This document shows, one piece after another, positions 28,343 through 37,013 of a stretch of DNA of 57,086 nt. The position numbers and the translations under genes were made by a program. The stretch lies in the NCBI GenBank assembly GCA_044356935.1, contig JBIKVI010000001.1, forward strand, positions 1 to 57,086. The letters run 5' to 3'. Source of the DNA: Silvanigrellaceae bacterium. Its GTDB lineage: Bacteria > Bdellovibrionota_B > Oligoflexia > Silvanigrellales > Silvanigrellaceae. The notes below the pieces were generated by a model. It made no database searches, was not told where the DNA came from, and saw nothing but the letters and a program-made list of their open reading frames with translations. Every line of letters starts with the position of its first letter. Position 1 is the stretch's first letter.

Positions 28343-29497
28343 TCAGCGCGCCTGAGCCGCCCGGCCAAGAAGGCCACGCCCCGCCATCTCATTGAGGCTG
28401 CGCTCGTACTCGACGTGAGTGCGTTCCTGCCCGAGCACCCAATCTCCGAATCGACGCACGCCTGTCTCGAAATCTGTACGAGCCTCGAAGCCCAAGACCG
28501 CTCGAGCCTTGGAAGTATCCGCCACGCAATGCCTCACATCGCCTACCCGGAACTCTCCCGTGATTTCGATCTTCGAGTTCGAACCATAGAAGTCCTTCAG
28601 GAAGCCCGCGACGCGTGCCACGGATACTCCGACGCCGGTTCCGACGTTGAAAACGGAAGGCGACTTCAACTCGACCGTCAGCGCGGCGCACATCGCATCC
28701 ACGACGTCATCGATATAAACGAAGTCACGTGACTCCTCACCATCCTCGAAGACCCGGATCGGCTTTCCATCGAGCAGCAGACTCGAAAAAATACTCAATA
28801 TTCCAGTGTAGGGATTCTTGAGGCTCTGGCCGGGTCCATAGACGTTCTGAAACCTCAACGCGACACCATCAAGACCATGCGCCCTGCAGAAAGCGAGGCA
28901 CTGCTGTTCCTGGCTGAACTTCGAGATGCCATAAACGCTGCAGCTTCGCGGGGGAGCCTCCTCCGATGTGGGAACCACCACTCCGGGCCTCCCGAACGGG
29001 TCCAGGGGTTCGAAGACGCCTCGTTCGAGATCCGCGTTGCTGCGCTGTTCGGGATAGAACACTGCCCCGCTTTCCGATCGGTACATCCCCTCGCCGTATA
29101 TCGCTCGGGAACTCGCGACGAGCAGACGCGGCCGGGCTCCCGCCCGGGAAATCGCTTCGAGAAGCTTTGCGGTTCCCATGACATTCGTGTCGAAATAGTG
29201 GGACACTTCATACATCGACTGGCCGGTCCCTGTTTCGGCGGCCAAGTGCACGACCACACTGACGCCCCTTACCGCTCGATCCAGGGAAGCCGAATCCCTG
29301 ACGTCTCCGCGAATGAACTCAACGCGGCCGAGGAGATCTCCGAGCACGAGCTCCTCGCGGGGAGACTCACCGTGGACTTGTCGCGAAAGGGAGTCGAGCA
29401 AGACCACTTCAGCTCCGCGTGAGAGCTGCGCACGAGCGAAGGCGCGGCCGATGAATCCAGCCCCGCCAGTGACAAGGATTCGTCCGTTCGTTCTCAC
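28343..29497 (-). CDS. NAD-dependent epimerase/dehydratase (extended SDR)
   Basis: ILVTGGAGFIGRAF and YGISK (YxxxK). GTG 29497 with GGGGAG 9 nt upstream. The same SD-spacing-GTG arrangement is conserved in the truncated paralog at 30721. An upstream ATG at 29542 is also possible. Confidence 0.85.
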   Translation of the reverse strand: MRTNGRILVTGGAGFIGRAFARAQLSRGAEVVLLDSLSRQVHGESPREELVLGDLLGRVEFIRGDVRDSASLDRAVRGVSVVVHLAAETGTGQSMYEVSHYFDTNVMGTAKLLEAISRAGARPRLLVASSRAIYGEGMYRSESGAVFYPEQRSNADLERGVFEPLDPFGRPGVVVPTSEEAPPRSCSVYGISKFSQEQQCLAFCRAHGLDGVALRFQNVYGPGQSLKNPYTGILSIFSSLLLDGKPIRVFEDGEESRDFVYIDDVVDAMCAALTVELKSPSVFNVGTGVGVSVARVAGFLKDFYGSNSKIEITGEFRVGDVRHCVADTSKARAVLGFEARTDFETGVRRFGDWVLGQERTHVEYERSLNEMAGRGLLGRAAQAR

Positions 29498-30540
29498 AGC
29501 GCATTGCTCCCCTTGATTCGAAGTGTTGCCGGACGCTATCATGATCCGGTAGTAAAGTGAAGATCCGGACTTCGACCGAAGTCGACGGGAGTCTCCCAAG
29601 CCTCTCCACACATCCCAGCGACCTCTTCGCGTCGGCACCGAGGAAGTTCTACGATGCTCAAGGACACTGTCAAAGAAGAGTTTCCGTTCCTCTATTCCAC
29701 CGCCAAGGAGTTGGAGTTCCGTAGGTCCGGCGGAAAGTCGCTCCGCATGCGCACCCCATCGACCGACGACATCGCCGCGCAGTGGAAGTCAATCCTGTCA
29801 TTGAGCGCAAGCTCGCGGCAGGAGGTCCGAAAGGGCGGAAGCAAAGTTCTCTTCGTCACAGGTTTCGGACTGGGCTCCCACTACCACGCGATCGAACCCC
29901 TCATCATGATGGCCCTCCACGCGCGGTGAGCGGAAATAACGTCGTTCTCATGTGGGAAATCCTTGCCCGCCTGCGAGTTCAACCGGGTCGGCAACCAGCT
30001 CCCGCTCTTCGAGATGCATCCTCGTCCCGGGCTGACCAAGTCCACGCTCGCCGCCCAGTGCAACATTTGCGTGGAGAACCTCGATAGCCTGTATGACTTG
30101 TTTCCCATTGGCCGCGATACGTACGAAGATTTCAGGGCCGAAGCGGACGCGAGGATCGCTCGGGAGGCCGCCCAGACCGTGACTCTGGACAGACTCAGGT
30201 CGTGGTGTTTCGAAGGCATAGGCGTCGGGGATGAAGTGTTCGCGTCAATCCTAAGGACTACGTTGAGGGGTCGCATCCGCGATACGCCCTACGAGAATTA
30301 CCTCGCCAAGCGTTATGTGATGTCAGGGGTCATGCATGTGCTGAGCATGAGGAGAGCCCTCGACGCGCATCGCCCAGACAGGGCCGTTCTCATCCACGGC
30401 CTTTACCTCACGCATGGAATCGCGGCCCGCGTCGCCAATTCCATGGGCATTCCACTCGTCGTCATCTGTGGGGGAGGAATCCGGAAAGATACGGTCATCC
30501 TCTGCCACGCACAAACCTACCACCACCAGCTCATTAATGA
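29312..30540. repeat. Diverged direct repeat, copy 1 (5' part of the SDR gene + divergent intergenic region + 5' ~295 codons of the 588-aa gene)
   Basis: Collinear with 30536-31770 at nucleotide and protein level. Offset about 1224-1229 bp. Confidence 0.85.
29654..30537 (+). pseudogene. Truncated paralog of the 588-aa KpsS/KpsC-like gene (first ~295 codons, one in-frame TGA at 29927-29929)
   Basis: MLKDTVKEEFPFLYSTAKELEFRRSGG... aligns residue-for-residue with the N-terminus of 30883-32649. GGC (Gly) is replaced by TGA. Homology ends at ...TYHHQLI, where antisense SDR sequence begins. Confidence 0.8.
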
Positions 30541-30721
30541 ACTCGACGCGTCCGTGAAGATCGCCCAGGATACCGGCGGCGAACGGGCTCTCGCCATGAA
30601 TCTGCTGCGAGAGCGAATCGAGCATGACCACTTCCGCGCCACGATCGAGCATCGCGCGGGAAAAAGCACGACCAATGAATCCAGCCCCGCCCGTGACGAG
30701 GACTCGTCCGATTGAACTCAC
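30536..30721 (-). pseudogene. 5' fragment (~62 codons) of a paralog of the SDR epimerase/dehydratase gene
   Basis: VSSIGRVLVTGGAGFIGRAFSRAMLDRGAEVVMLDSLSQQIHGESP...GRVEFI matches the N-terminus of 28343-29497, then runs into antisense of the neighbouring fragment. Confidence 0.75.
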
Positions 30722-31770
30722 GTCACTGCGCTCCTCTAATGCAAATTGTTCGCGAAAGGTATCATGACCCAATGGCGAAGTGAACCTTTGGACTTCAACT
30801 GAGGATTGCATTAGCTTATGTCGCCAAGCCCCCGACCATAGCGGCCCACCCCTGCCCGCGTCGTTTCCGAGGAAGTTCCAAGATGCTCAAGGATACGATC
30901 AAGGAAGAATTCCCGTTTCTCTACTCCGCCGCCAAGGAACTCGAGTTCCGCAGGTCGGGCGGACAATCGCTGCGTTCGCGCACGCCATCGACCATCGACA
31001 TCATGGCCCAATGGAAGTCCGTCATCGCGTCGAGCTCGCCCGCGCGACTGGCGATCAACGAGGGTGGACGCAGGATTTTCTTCGTCACGGGGTTCGGCCT
31101 TGGTTCGCACTACCACGCCATCGAACCCCTCATCATGATGGCCCTGCAGGCGCGGGGCGCACGCATCACGTCTTTCTCCTGTGGAAAATCCCTGCCGGCG
31201 TGCGAATTCAACCGGGTCGGCAACCAGGTTCCGGCCTTCGAGATGCATCCGCGCCCGGGATTGACCAGGTCGACGCTCGCCGCGCAGTGCGCCGTGTGCG
31301 TCGAGAATCTCGACAGCCTTTACGATCTTCTCCCCATCGAGCGCGACACCTACGAACGCCACAGGCTCGAGAACGATGTGAGAATCGCTAGAGAGGCGGC
31401 CGACACCGTGACCCTCGAGAATCTCCGCTCGTGGTGCTTCGAGGGCATCGGCGTCGGCGACGAGGCATTCGCGTCGATCCTGCGCACGACCCTCAGGGGG
31501 CAGGTCCGCGACACGCCCTACGAACTCTATCTCGCGCGCCGTTACGTCATGTCGGGGGTGATGCACGTTCTCAGCATGCGCCGGGCCCTGGAGGCGCATC
31601 GCCCTGAAAAGGTCGTGCTCGTCCACGGACTTTATCTCACTCACGGGATCGCGTCGCGTGTCGCGAAAGCGATGGGGCTTCCCGTGGTCGTGATGGGGAG
31701 TGGCGGCATCCGGAAGGACACGGTCGTCCTCTGCCACGGACAGACCTACCATCATCAGCTCATCGATGAA
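30536..31770. repeat. Diverged direct repeat, copy 2
   Basis: See copy 1. The junction AATGAACTC at 30536-30544 matches 29312-29320. ATGAA is shared with GATGAA at 31765-31770. Confidence 0.85.
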
Positions 31771-32649
31771 GACAACCGCGTGTGGGAGGACGCGGACCTG
31801 ACGGAACCGCAGAAAGCGACGACGCTACGTTACGCCCTCGAAAAGAGGACCAACGGCGCGGCCGTCGACTACGTGACGTACCACCCCAATCCCAAGAACG
31901 CCCACGACGAGATCCGCGGGGAGCTCGCGCTCCCCGCCACCGACGACCGCCCCATCGTGTCGTTCTTCACGAACGTCTGCTGGGATGCACAGATCCTCTA
32001 CAAGTCGAACGTGTACGAGGACATCTTCGCCTGGGTGAGGAATTCCATCGCCATCGTCGCGCGCAATCCCAGGATCATCGGGGTCATCCGCATCCATCCC
32101 GCCGAAACCAAGGGGTCGATGAAGACGCAGCAGCCCATGGCCGACGAGATTCAGAAATGGTTTCCGCGGCTGCCCGAGAACATCCGCATCGTGAGCCCCG
32201 AGAACGACTGCAGTTCCTATTCTCTCGCTGAGATGAGCAGGCTCTCCGTCATCTATGGAACCAAAATGGGACTGGAGCTGGCGCTCATGCGTGTTCCGTT
32301 GCTCATCTGCGGCGAGACGTTCAGTCGCAACAAAGGATATGGCATCGACGTGCCCGACAGGCAGGCGTACGAATCACTTCTCATGAAGGCCCACGAGCAT
32401 CCTCCGCAATCCGCGCAGGCATTCGACCGGGCGTTGAAGTACGCGCATTATCTCTATTTCCGAAGGATGCTGAAGATTCCCATGGAATCGACGGTCGGGG
32501 CGGGAGGACTCTCGCGGACGAAACTCCTCATCTCGCGCCTCGAAGACCTCGACGCGGGAACCGATCCTGTCATGGACGTCATCTCCCGCGGCATTCTCGA
32601 AGACCAGAGCTTCTGCCTTCCCCACTCGAACTCCGATGCATCGCCTTGA
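30883..32649 (+). CDS. 588-aa KpsS/KpsC-like (PF05159-like) GT-B protein with an N-terminal four-Cys motif; candidate ulosonic-acid transferase
   Basis: Intact ORF. C-terminal half ...IGVIRIHPAETKG...LSVIYGTKMGLELALMRVPLLICGETF resembles capsule-biosynthesis GT-B proteins. Cys100/107/136/139 (CGKSLPAC...CAVC). Family call from memory only. Confidence 0.6.
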   Translation: MLKDTIKEEFPFLYSAAKELEFRRSGGQSLRSRTPSTIDIMAQWKSVIASSSPARLAINEGGRRIFFVTGFGLGSHYHAIEPLIMMALQARGARITSFSCGKSLPACEFNRVGNQVPAFEMHPRPGLTRSTLAAQCAVCVENLDSLYDLLPIERDTYERHRLENDVRIAREAADTVTLENLRSWCFEGIGVGDEAFASILRTTLRGQVRDTPYELYLARRYVMSGVMHVLSMRRALEAHRPEKVVLVHGLYLTHGIASRVAKAMGLPVVVMGSGGIRKDTVVLCHGQTYHHQLIDEDNRVWEDADLTEPQKATTLRYALEKRTNGAAVDYVTYHPNPKNAHDEIRGELALPATDDRPIVSFFTNVCWDAQILYKSNVYEDIFAWVRNSIAIVARNPRIIGVIRIHPAETKGSMKTQQPMADEIQKWFPRLPENIRIVSPENDCSSYSLAEMSRLSVIYGTKMGLELALMRVPLLICGETFSRNKGYGIDVPDRQAYESLLMKAHEHPPQSAQAFDRALKYAHYLYFRRMLKIPMESTVGAGGLSRTKLLISRLEDLDAGTDPVMDVISRGILEDQSFCLPHSNSDASP

Positions 32650-32787
32650 TCCTGCGCGGACGACCATGAATGGCCGAACCCGAGCCTTGCGTCTTCGGTC
32701 GCAACGAAGTTTAATGCGGTTCTAAACCGCGAAGCGGACGACAAGCCCTTCGTGATGATTCCGGCCAGCGCCAAGCAGGGAGTGCAG

Positions 32788-33777
32788 ATGCCGAACTCCA
32801 TCATCCGTGGCATTTCGTCGGCTTTCCCCCGGGGATCCCTTTCGTCGGATGAGGCAGCTCGTTCGACGGGTTTGTCTGCGGACATGCGGCGCTCGAAGTT
32901 GGGAATCGACGAGGTCAAAGTCGCCAGCAGCGAGGAACCGCCGTCCGTCCTGGCGACACGGGCCGTCGAGTCGCTCGTCGCCAAGCTCGCTCTCGACCGT
33001 GCCTCGATCGAGTTCCTCATACTGGTCACTCAGAATCCTGACTTCAAATTGCCGACGACGGCTTGTCTGGTGCAGCACGCGGCCAACCTGCCAACCTCGA
33101 TTCTCGCGTTCGACATGAACCTCGGCTGCTCGGGCTTCGTCGCCGCACTGAGCCAGGCGGACGCGATGATCCGATCGGGCCAGTCGAGGCGCGGTCTCAT
33201 CGTCACGGCGGAAACTTACAACCGAGTGATCTCTTCTGAAGACAAAGACACCTATGGGCTCTTCGGAGACGCCGCGGCGGCTGTTCTCGTCGAAGCGACG
33301 GACGAGGATGCGGGCTGTCAAAAGTTCCGGTTCGGAACAGATGGCTCCGGTTCCAGTAAACTTATCGTGCGCGCAGGGGGATCGCGGTTCGAGCAGGCCG
33401 CCACGCCGCGCGACAGGTTCCTTTACATGGACGGTCGGGGCATTTTCGAGTTCGTTTCGAAGGTCGTGGTCAACGACCTGAAGGCGTTCCTCAGCGAGAA
33501 CGAGCTTGAGACGGCCGACGTCGATCACTGGGTCTTTCACCAAGCCAACAAATACATGAACGACCGGCTCGTCACGCTCCTGGGCATCGATCCTTCGAAA
33601 GCGTTCTTCGACATTTCCGACATCGGAAACACCGTCAGCGCGACGATTCCCATCGCGCTCCAACGTGGACTGCAGGCAGGCGCCATCCCCTTCGGCAAGA
33701 TCGTGTTCTGCGGATTTGGCGTTGGGCTCTCATGGGCTTCCTGCCTCTATTTGAACAGGACGCGGATCGTCGCATGA
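32788..33777 (+). CDS. KAS III (FabH-like) 3-oxoacyl-ACP synthase / KAS III-like acyltransferase
   Basis: Cys-His-Asn triad contexts LGCSGFVAAL, WVFHQANKYMN, IGNTVSATIPIAL. ATG 32788 lies 5 nt after AGGGAG. Confidence 0.85.
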   Translation: MPNSIIRGISSAFPRGSLSSDEAARSTGLSADMRRSKLGIDEVKVASSEEPPSVLATRAVESLVAKLALDRASIEFLILVTQNPDFKLPTTACLVQHAANLPTSILAFDMNLGCSGFVAALSQADAMIRSGQSRRGLIVTAETYNRVISSEDKDTYGLFGDAAAAVLVEATDEDAGCQKFRFGTDGSGSSKLIVRAGGSRFEQAATPRDRFLYMDGRGIFEFVSKVVVNDLKAFLSENELETADVDHWVFHQANKYMNDRLVTLLGIDPSKAFFDISDIGNTVSATIPIALQRGLQAGAIPFGKIVFCGFGVGLSWASCLYLNRTRIVA

Positions 33778-33838
33778 ACGCGAACGGCCGTGAGTCTCGA
33801 CCCCTTGCCATATCAGGCACACGCCAAAGGATCCTCCC

Positions 33839-34078
33839 ATGCACTCGGAACAAACCGTCAGTAAGCTCGAGGCCATCGTCAATCAGTGCGGTGACTACCC
33901 GCGTAATCCGATTTCATTGAATGATCTTTTGCGCAATGGTGAAAAGCTCGAACTCGATAGCCTCGGACTTTTCGAACTCTCGGCTCTTGTCGAGGAGAAT
34001 TTCGGAAAGCGGCTGAGCGACGAGGAATTGCCGCAAGCCGTGCATTTGCCGTTCCTCATTGAATGGGTGGAGAATTGA
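33839..34078 (+). CDS. Acyl carrier protein
   Basis: 79 aa with phosphopantetheine-attachment motif LELDSLGLFELSALVE. Confidence 0.8.
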   Translation: MHSEQTVSKLEAIVNQCGDYPRNPISLNDLLRNGEKLELDSLGLFELSALVEENFGKRLSDEELPQAVHLPFLIEWVEN

Positions 34079-34109
34079 GCCCTCGACGATGCGCGGAAAG
34101 TAGCCTGTC

Positions 34110-35153
34110 GTGACCACCTCGAATCTCAACTTCACTGCGCGCATGTGCCTTGAGCAGGATGTCCCGGCCCTGCGCATGTTCCTGTCGACGCATTGGAAAT
34201 CCGATCACGTCTTCGTGAAGGATCCCGGAGTCTTCGATTGGCAGCATCCCGTCGATCGATCCGGCAGGGTCTCTTTCGCGATCGCTGAAGACCGATCGAC
34301 GCGCGAAATCGTGGGGGCCCTGGGATATGTCCCGCTGGAACGTTTCGATGCCGAACTCGCCTGCCACAGACACTTCTGGTTGGCGCTGTGGAAGGTCTCC
34401 GATCCCAAACGATACCAGGGAGCAGGCGTCGCGCTCCTCAACTTCGTCCGGAAGCACACGGGAGCCTCGTTCCTTGGAGCCATGGGCCTGACGGAGGAGG
34501 TGGTACCGCTGTATCGGGCACTCCGTTTCTCGGTGGGTCGAACGACGCAATGGATCCTCGACAGGGAGTCAACGGCGGCAGCCTCTTCCGTCCACTCCCA
34601 GGTCGTCGAGTGGGCTCAATGGAACCAGAGTCATCCGCACCCCCGAGGGGAGATCCCAAAGCTGTGGACTCCGTTCAAGTCGCTCGCGTTCTTCAGGAAT
34701 CGCTTCGTGGAGAACCCTTTCTACGCATACGATGTCCTGGTTTCCGTTCAGCATGGTGAGCCCCGCGCAGTCCTGGCGAGCCGCATCTGCGAAGGTAACG
34801 GTGTTCGCGTGGCTCGCATCGTGGATTTCTATGGCGACTGGGATTCCCTTCCCTCCCTCGCCGCGCACGTGAAGGCCAGGGCGGAAACACGAGGAGCGCT
34901 CTATACCGACTTGGTTAGCTGGCGCGGCGACGAGGAGACCCTGCGCAAAGCCGGATTCGTCCCCCGTCAGGTAAGCTCGCATCCAAACGCCCCTCACCGC
35001 TTCGAGCCGTTCGACCCCGCTCCGAGGGAGCTCCTCTGCGCGTTTGAAGGATCGCAGGACGATCGAGTTTGTTTCTTCAAGGCCGATGCCGACCAAGATC
35101 GCCCCGCACTGTCGGGACTTCGGAGAAGCCATTTAGTGGTGCATGTTTCATGA
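34110..35153 (+). CDS. GNAT-like (two-domain) acyltransferase, candidate N-acyltransferase
   Basis: N-terminal acetyltransferase-like core (...WKVSDPKRYQGAGVALLNFV...), 347 aa, operon position between the ACP and deacetylase genes. Weak motif-level call. Confidence 0.5.
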   Translation: MTTSNLNFTARMCLEQDVPALRMFLSTHWKSDHVFVKDPGVFDWQHPVDRSGRVSFAIAEDRSTREIVGALGYVPLERFDAELACHRHFWLALWKVSDPKRYQGAGVALLNFVRKHTGASFLGAMGLTEEVVPLYRALRFSVGRTTQWILDRESTAAASSVHSQVVEWAQWNQSHPHPRGEIPKLWTPFKSLAFFRNRFVENPFYAYDVLVSVQHGEPRAVLASRICEGNGVRVARIVDFYGDWDSLPSLAAHVKARAETRGALYTDLVSWRGDEETLRKAGFVPRQVSSHPNAPHRFEPFDPAPRELLCAFEGSQDDRVCFFKADADQDRPALSGLRRSHLVVHVS

Positions 35154-36118
35154 GTTCATCCTTGACGACGATCACCTACCACTACGTCCGTCCCATCGCT
35201 TCGAGTCCGTACCCCGGAATCAAGGGGCTCGAGCTTGAGCTCTTCCGTCGGCAACTCGACTTTCTCATGGAACGTTACAGCTTCGTGTCCATGGAGCGGC
35301 TGATCGCGTTTCGCGAAGGGCGCGACGACATCCCTCACTCTTCCGCCCTGCTAACTTTCGATGACGGCTATCGGGATCACTTCCTCCACGTCTTTCCTGA
35401 GCTCGCGTCGCGCGGCCTCGCCGGAGCGTTCTACGTTCCGGTGGATGCGGTGGAAGGCAAGGTACTCGACGTCAACAAGATCCATTTCGTTCTCGCATCC
35501 GGGGTCGATGTCGAGGAAATGGGAGCACGCATCGACCGGATCGTCGAGGCGCACCGCGACGACCCGCGGGTGCGTGCGGTTGCATGGTATCGGGAAACCT
35601 ATCGGCGTCCGAGTCGATGGGACTCAGGCGAAGTCGTGTATGCGAAGCGGATGTTGCAGACGGCGCTTCCCGAAGACATCCGGTCAGGAATCGTCGACGC
35701 GTTTTTCCGCGAACGGGTCACCGAAGACGAATGCACTTTCTCGGCGGATCTCTACGCGTCGAAGGATGAGTTGCGCACGATGAGGGATCACGGAATGCAC
35801 ATCGGTGGGCATGGGGTGAAGCACGTCCGGTTGAGCACACTCGATCCGAAAGGCCAGCACGCCGAGATCGCGGGAAGCAAAGCATGGCTCATCGAGAACC
35901 GCCTCGCCTCGGAGGACGCATTTTCTTTCTGCTATCCCTATGGGGATTACGACGCCGCGACGGTGGAGGTCCTCCGTGAATGCGGAGCGAAGGTCGGTCT
36001 TTCACTCAAGTCCGGGACATGCGACCCTGCGGTGGTCGATTCCCTTGAGATCCCGCGCCTCGACACGAACGTTTTCCTCAGTTTTCAAGCCACCCCGTCC
36101 ACGATTGGTGGTTCATGA
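35150..36118 (+). CDS. Polysaccharide deacetylase (NodB/CE4 family)
   Basis: LLTFDDGYRDHFLHVFPELASRGLAGAFYV, with later HGVKH. ATGA overlap with the upstream gene. Confidence 0.85.
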   Translation: MSSSLTTITYHYVRPIASSPYPGIKGLELELFRRQLDFLMERYSFVSMERLIAFREGRDDIPHSSALLTFDDGYRDHFLHVFPELASRGLAGAFYVPVDAVEGKVLDVNKIHFVLASGVDVEEMGARIDRIVEAHRDDPRVRAVAWYRETYRRPSRWDSGEVVYAKRMLQTALPEDIRSGIVDAFFRERVTEDECTFSADLYASKDELRTMRDHGMHIGGHGVKHVRLSTLDPKGQHAEIAGSKAWLIENRLASEDAFSFCYPYGDYDAATVEVLRECGAKVGLSLKSGTCDPAVVDSLEIPRLDTNVFLSFQATPSTIGGS

Positions 36119-36372
36119 AGCCGGATTCTCGAAAAGTCCTTGTCCCCATCACCAACCGCGTCCACTGGACGCGGCTTTGCCCGCTGTTGCGGGTGCTGTC
36201 CACCGATTCGGCCTTTGATCTTCAGATCGCTCTCGGGCATGCGGCCCTGCTTGAAGGTAACGGGGTTGTGCGACAGGAGATGTCGTTGGACGGCATCATT
36301 TCCGCGTACTCGTTCGATTTTCTGCTGGAAGGTCGATCCAGTGGTGCCATGGCGAAAACCGCGGCCCTGGGG
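36115..36372 (+). pseudogene. 5' fragment (~86 codons) of a NeuC-family hydrolysing 2-epimerase gene
   Basis: MKPDSRKVLVPITNRVHWTRLCPLLRVL...GRSSGAMAKTAALG parallels the N-terminus of 37681-38856. Homology stops at ~36372, and the ORF then runs 11 unrelated codons to a stop at 36405. ATGA-coupled to the deacetylase. Confidence 0.8.
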
Positions 36373-36839
36373 CACCGCGAATCGTCGCCCCAGCACCTCG
36401 ACTAGGACTGCGACGGACTGGAACATGTGGCCCATAATGAATGCGGGCTTGGAAGGGGGCGCCCAGCCTTGTTCTCTGACTCCTGGAGTAGGGACTTGAC
36501 GGCAGGCATGCGCCTGCCCTCCTTGGGGACCTTAAGGCCATCAACGACAAGTACGACCCTACCGTTCACGCGAACCAAGTGGCTGGCGAATATCTTGAAC
36601 ACGATGCGGGTCTAGGCGTCGGCAAGCGTGCCGGGATCGACGCGAGACCTAAAGAAGCGCAGTAAAGACTTGTAGAAGGCGGGTTTGAGGTCCAGGGCAC
36701 GGACGATGCTGGTGACCCTTCGCAGGTCGGTGCGGACCATGAAGCCGATGACGGCCGTGACGAAGACGAAGAAGGTCGTCTTGCGCGGAAAGACCGGGCG
36801 CAGTTGCGCAAGGACGGGGAGAAGGCGTATCCAGGGCAT
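36373..36839 (-). mobile_element. Degraded transposase-like gene remnant (N-terminal ~155 codons spread over three frames); putative IS scar extending to ~37010
   Basis: Consecutive coding segments: MPWIRLLPVLAQLRPVFPRKTTFFVFV...TSIVRALDLKPAFYKSLLRFF, then ...VVLVVDGLKVPKEGRRMPAVKSL.QESEN, then ...FIMGHMFQSVAVLVEVLGRRF. They need two frameshifts and end abruptly at the neuC fragment. Resemblance to DDE transposase N-termini is from memory, and the family is not assigned. Confidence 0.5.
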
Positions 36840-36926
36840 GGGGCCCTCCTGTCACGTTGTTGTGTAAGCAGCACAACGAAACAGCGAGGGCCTTCCTAAT
36901 TCAAATGACAAAAATACAAAGACCTG

Positions 36927-37008
36927 CCCGGGTTATTGTCCCGGTGGGCGGTTACAAGAATTTCAAGCTACATCAAACCTGGCTCGCCCACCGGGACGAG
37001 AACCCGGG
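36927..37008. repeat. Inverted repeat with 24-nt arms (3 mismatches) and 34-nt AT-richer spacer
   Basis: 36927-36950 is CCCGGGTTATTGTCCCGGTGGGCG. 36985-37008 is CGCCCACCGGGACGAGAACCCGGG, whose reverse complement is CCCGGGTTCTCGTCCCGGTGGGCG. Confidence 0.85.
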
Positions 37009-37013
37009 AATCG

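Noticed and set aside
29927-29929. In-frame TGA in the truncated 588-aa-gene paralog as possible selenocysteine or programmed read-through
   Set aside because: The intact paralog has Gly (GGC) here, not Cys/Sec. I saw no SECIS-like hairpin immediately downstream. The gene is also 3'-truncated, so a simple nonsense mutation is the economical explanation.
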